A stretch of DNA of 32,000 bases from Paramicrosporidium saccamoebae KSL3 (lineage: Eukaryota > Fungi > Cryptomycota). Where the stretch lies: NCBI GenBank assembly GCA_002794465.1, contig MTSL01000168.1:56001-88000 (forward strand), in the 5' to 3' direction. Below are positions 29,333-32,000 of the stretch, in pieces; position 1 is the stretch's first letter; every line of letters begins with the position of its first letter. A program made the translations under genes and the position numbers. The notes under the pieces were generated by a model. It made no database searches. It was given only the letters and a program-made list of their open reading frames with translations, and was not told where the DNA came from.

Positions 29333-30847
29333 ATGTTATTAATTGCATTATGTGCACTGGCTAATCTGTCTGTGGCGTTGGTTCTGCGTTTTACTTTAGA
29401 TAAAACCATATGGGAGATGCCTCGCTCGGCCGTCCAAACTGCAATAGAGTCAATCGATCCGAGAGATTCATGTAGTCTGTCCTGGCTGGCACATTTCTAT
29501 TCCAACCAACTGGCACGCACCTTTCCCATCCACCTTTGCAGCAGTCGCTGGCTACAACTCCTCGAAGAAGTCGTAATCTCCTGCAGAGAGCTGCACTCGA
29601 TATTCCTGAATGCCGAATATCTCTGCACGCGGCCGTTCATCATCCCAAAGGTGCAGGATAATTATGGAGGAATTATATGGCGTGAATACGCAGCAAAAGT
29701 GTCATCAACATTTGGCATGATGAGAATACTAGACAACATGGAGCGACATCAGCATGACGATTTACTGACCCCTCAAGAATGGCTTAGAGATGCATCGCTC
29801 TTTTCCACTTCAGCATGGAAACTCATCCCATCAGGTCTCGCTTCGCCAAGAATCAATGTCGTCTTGGAAACACTAGCCACCTTTTCATCGGATCGCTTTC
29901 TTGTGACCATCAAGATCTGGCAGCGCATCAAGCATGGAACGTTCCCCTCAGTGGCCGGGAGTCAATTTTTAGGACTTGTGACGGGTCCCCTGGCATCTGC
30001 ATTAATCAACAATGACACCCAGTTAATTTTTTCGCTGCTGTTAAAACACGTGCTGAAAAATTGCAATGTACGAGAAGCGTCCTCCTGGATGCTAAGCACG
30101 ATGCGAATACTGTTTGGAACAATGTCTACTGAGGCTCGTTGTAGCATGCTTTCCACCTTTATGGCACGCTTTCCACCTGAAGCAATCTCCGCATATCACT
30201 TGCGCATGTTCGGCAATGTTCAATTCGATCCCATAAACAATTGTCCCGAATTCAATCACCGCCGGTGGCGAGCATATTTTGAAGGGGCCCTTTTTTACGG
30301 CTTGGTCGAACCAGTTTGGGGAGAGCCAAAAGATGTAAGACTAAAGAAATGGCAGATTCTGGCGGCTCAGTTGGTGGAGACAGAGTCATTTGTCTGGGTA
30401 AAACACGTGTATGACCTTTTGGAGTCATTCAACCCGATTAGCCCGCCCATTAGCATTGATCCGATACCCTTTTTGGCGCATATGGGATGCAGTTCGCTTT
30501 TGGAAGTTTTGAATTTACACTTTGCGCGCTTAAAGTACAATTTCATCGTGTCCGTAGACGGGTCTTTTTTAATTGACGATCCCCACTTTATGAATACCAC
30601 TCACATTCTGTGCATTGGGCTTTACAAGTTTACTCGCACTGGCGTTTGGGATCTCGTTTTAGATCCCGCTACACTCCGGCTGACGCCCGAATTACAGGAA
30701 AAATACAAGGCCGCATTTCCTGACACGTATGAACAGCGGCTATTGCATCTTAAAGCGGCATTGGCCATAATCCCTGTGGAAAGATTTTTGAGTTATTTTT
30801 CCATTGAAGATCTCAGCAATGGAACTATTTATACTAACCAACTGTAA
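29333..30847 (+). CDS. Divergent dispersed member (copy 6) of the secreted ~500-aa family (504 aa)
   Basis: Signal-like MLLIALCALANLSVA|LVLR. EPVWG...RLKKW matches KPIWG...LRHW, CSSLLEVL matches CHDVLSLLKVL, FIVSVDG matches FIETPDG, and ILCIGLYKFTRTGVWDL matches LISWGYVFLSRDVFHL. It lacks a clear WHGK. Confidence 0.7.
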   Translation: MLLIALCALANLSVALVLRFTLDKTIWEMPRSAVQTAIESIDPRDSCSLSWLAHFYSNQLARTFPIHLCSSRWLQLLEEVVISCRELHSIFLNAEYLCTRPFIIPKVQDNYGGIIWREYAAKVSSTFGMMRILDNMERHQHDDLLTPQEWLRDASLFSTSAWKLIPSGLASPRINVVLETLATFSSDRFLVTIKIWQRIKHGTFPSVAGSQFLGLVTGPLASALINNDTQLIFSLLLKHVLKNCNVREASSWMLSTMRILFGTMSTEARCSMLSTFMARFPPEAISAYHLRMFGNVQFDPINNCPEFNHRRWRAYFEGALFYGLVEPVWGEPKDVRLKKWQILAAQLVETESFVWVKHVYDLLESFNPISPPISIDPIPFLAHMGCSSLLEVLNLHFARLKYNFIVSVDGSFLIDDPHFMNTTHILCIGLYKFTRTGVWDLVLDPATLRLTPELQEKYKAAFPDTYEQRLLHLKAALAIIPVERFLSYFSIEDLSNGTIYTNQL

Positions 30848-30896
30848 ATATTATGCTTGTGAAAGAGTTTATCCTGAGGGATCCCAGTGTGATGTA

Positions 30897-31075
30897 GAGG
30901 CTTGATTAGTTGGGTACTTGAAAATATGAGGATATACTTGTGTAATAGAGTGGATCGACTAGCTAGGTATTTGAGGGCAGTGAGATGTGTATCCATACTA
31001 TTATAGGATTAGCAGTAAGTAAACCCTCCCCCTTTTCCGCCTGACAGTCCATACTATTTATCCCCCACTACGCGA
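30897..31075 (-). repeat. Dispersed non-coding element, copy 3 (inverted)
   Basis: The reverse complement gives the head tcgcgtagtgggggataaa (31075-31057), a replaced middle segment, then the core actgctaatccta..agtatggatacac..ctcactgccctcaaata..agcta..cgatccactct..acacaa.tat.tc.tc (31016-30928). Confidence 0.85.
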
Positions 31076-31125
31076 CAAGTTGATGCTGTTTAACATGGTT
31101 TTTATTACAAATGTCACAAACAACA

Positions 31126-31726
31126 TTAACATGAAATGCGTTTGTAAAAGATTTCATAGTCTATATTAAGATGGCCACACCGAGACGGAGAAATCTCGTC
31201 TGGGCGGTAGCCAAGTCGTTCGTAAAATCGAATCGCAATACAGTTGTGTTTAAAACATGTAAGCATCACTGGTATCCCAGCTTTCCGAGCCAACTCTTCA
31301 AGCATTTGCATCAGCAAATAGCCGAGACCCTTCCCACGATAAAGGGAGTTAATTTGTAGTTCATAAAGATACAAAACCGGCCTAGCATTGCCCCCAAGAT
31401 CCTCTTCCGTGGTAGTCATGTAGCTTGCAAAGCCTATAGGATTTCCATCAAGGCGCGCGACAAGATAGAACATGTCAGGAAGCAATAGCTCTTTGAATTT
31501 GGCCTCCCTATCCCATCCCCAAGAAGAACTTTTGTAACTAAATTGATGAATTCAATACCGTTCTATACAATTGGCCCACATTGGCCTCGACCAGTCCTAT
31601 CATCCACTCTGCAAGTAGTTTATCTGTATGGGCATCCTCCACTTCTACTCGCGCTTTTACTCCCATTTGCGCTTCTACTCCCACTTGCGCACCTGTTTGT
31701 GCTTGCACTCTCATCGGCGCTTTCAT
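31126..31726 (-). CDS. NAT4: N-alpha-acetyltransferase 40 (Nat4, histone H4/H2A N-terminal acetyltransferase), 2 exons
   Basis: Spliced EWMIGLVEANVGQ-FYKSSSWGW, LYLYELQ, YRGKGLG, VMLTCFKHN and DEISPS match NAA40 motifs. There is a 31-nt intron at 31538-31568 (minus strand gtatag...caatttag). Confidence 0.85.
31642..31724 (-). repeat. Imperfect 18/12-bp coding repeat in the NAT4 N-terminus
   Basis: Plus-strand units cttctactcgcg / cttttactcccatttgcg / cttctactcccacttgcg / cacctgtttgtg / cttgcactctcatcggcg encode (minus strand) APMRVQ-AQTG-AQVGVE-AQMGVK-ARVE. Confidence 0.7.
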
Positions 31727-31793
31727 TTTCCACCCATGACGGTGACCGTAAATACGCCTCTATAGGGCAAAGTGTATATAATTTACTATGCTA

Positions 31794-32000
31794 CTAACCA
31801 GTCCTTATTCTGCGTCCAGTCTGAGCCTTGAACCCAGCCTTGATGGCGGCCACTGAACGGCTAGATCCACATGAATCGCATTTCATAAAGAACAGTCGAT
31901 TCTCCTTGCTCAGCTGCGTTTCGGGAGAACGGCACGTCTTGCAGGTCACATATTCACCAATATACCGGCGCAGCAGATTCTCCACCTGTAGTTGCTGGAA
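31794..32000 (-). CDS. SUI3: Translation initiation factor eIF2 beta, C-terminal zinc-ribbon part (5'-truncated by the window edge)
   Basis: [52 protein letters not shown], the C2-C2 zinc finger of eIF2-beta. Confidence 0.93.
   Translation of the reverse strand, partial: FQQLQVENLLRRYIGEYVTCKTCRSPETQLSKENRLFFMKCDSCGSSRSVAAIKAGFKAQTGRRIRTG

Noticed and set aside
1-32000. Non-standard genetic code or stop-codon readthrough
   Set aside because: All conserved genes translate fully with the standard code once the short introns are removed.

Overview
Gene-dense eukaryotic (fungal-grade) genomic DNA, not bacterial. It has GT-AG introns that are all 29-35 nt, intergenic gaps as short as 20-70 nt, and a fungus-type Ste12 transcription factor with C2H2 fingers. 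It also carries mitochondrial genes (HEM25-type glycine carrier, DUF1640/CCDC90-like). This combination fits a compact, mitochondrion-retaining early-diverging fungal parasite (Rozellomycota, Paramicrosporidium/Mitosporidium-like); that is an inference, not a database match. A housekeeping backbone (HEM25, eIF3a, RluA-type Pus, THO1, NAMPT, SLY1, REEP, DUF1640, DRG1/RBG1, STE12, MYG1, NAA40/NAT4, eIF2-beta) is interleaved with lineage-specific islands. Island 1 is five tandem ~500-aa paralogs (1-8072; copy 1 is cut by the window edge, copies 2-5 have signal peptides) plus a dispersed sixth (29333-30847). Their C-terminal ~130 aa resemble by eye a truncated HECT N-lobe with no catalytic C-lobe. 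Island 2 is two S33-like alpha/beta-hydrolase paralogs, each frameshifted exactly at a G/C homopolymer. A ~150-185 bp dispersed non-coding element occurs as three copies plus a collapsed fragment, mostly beside these islands. Duplicated non-coding sequences here differ almost only by transitions. All alignments and counts were done by hand, and no database searches were run.
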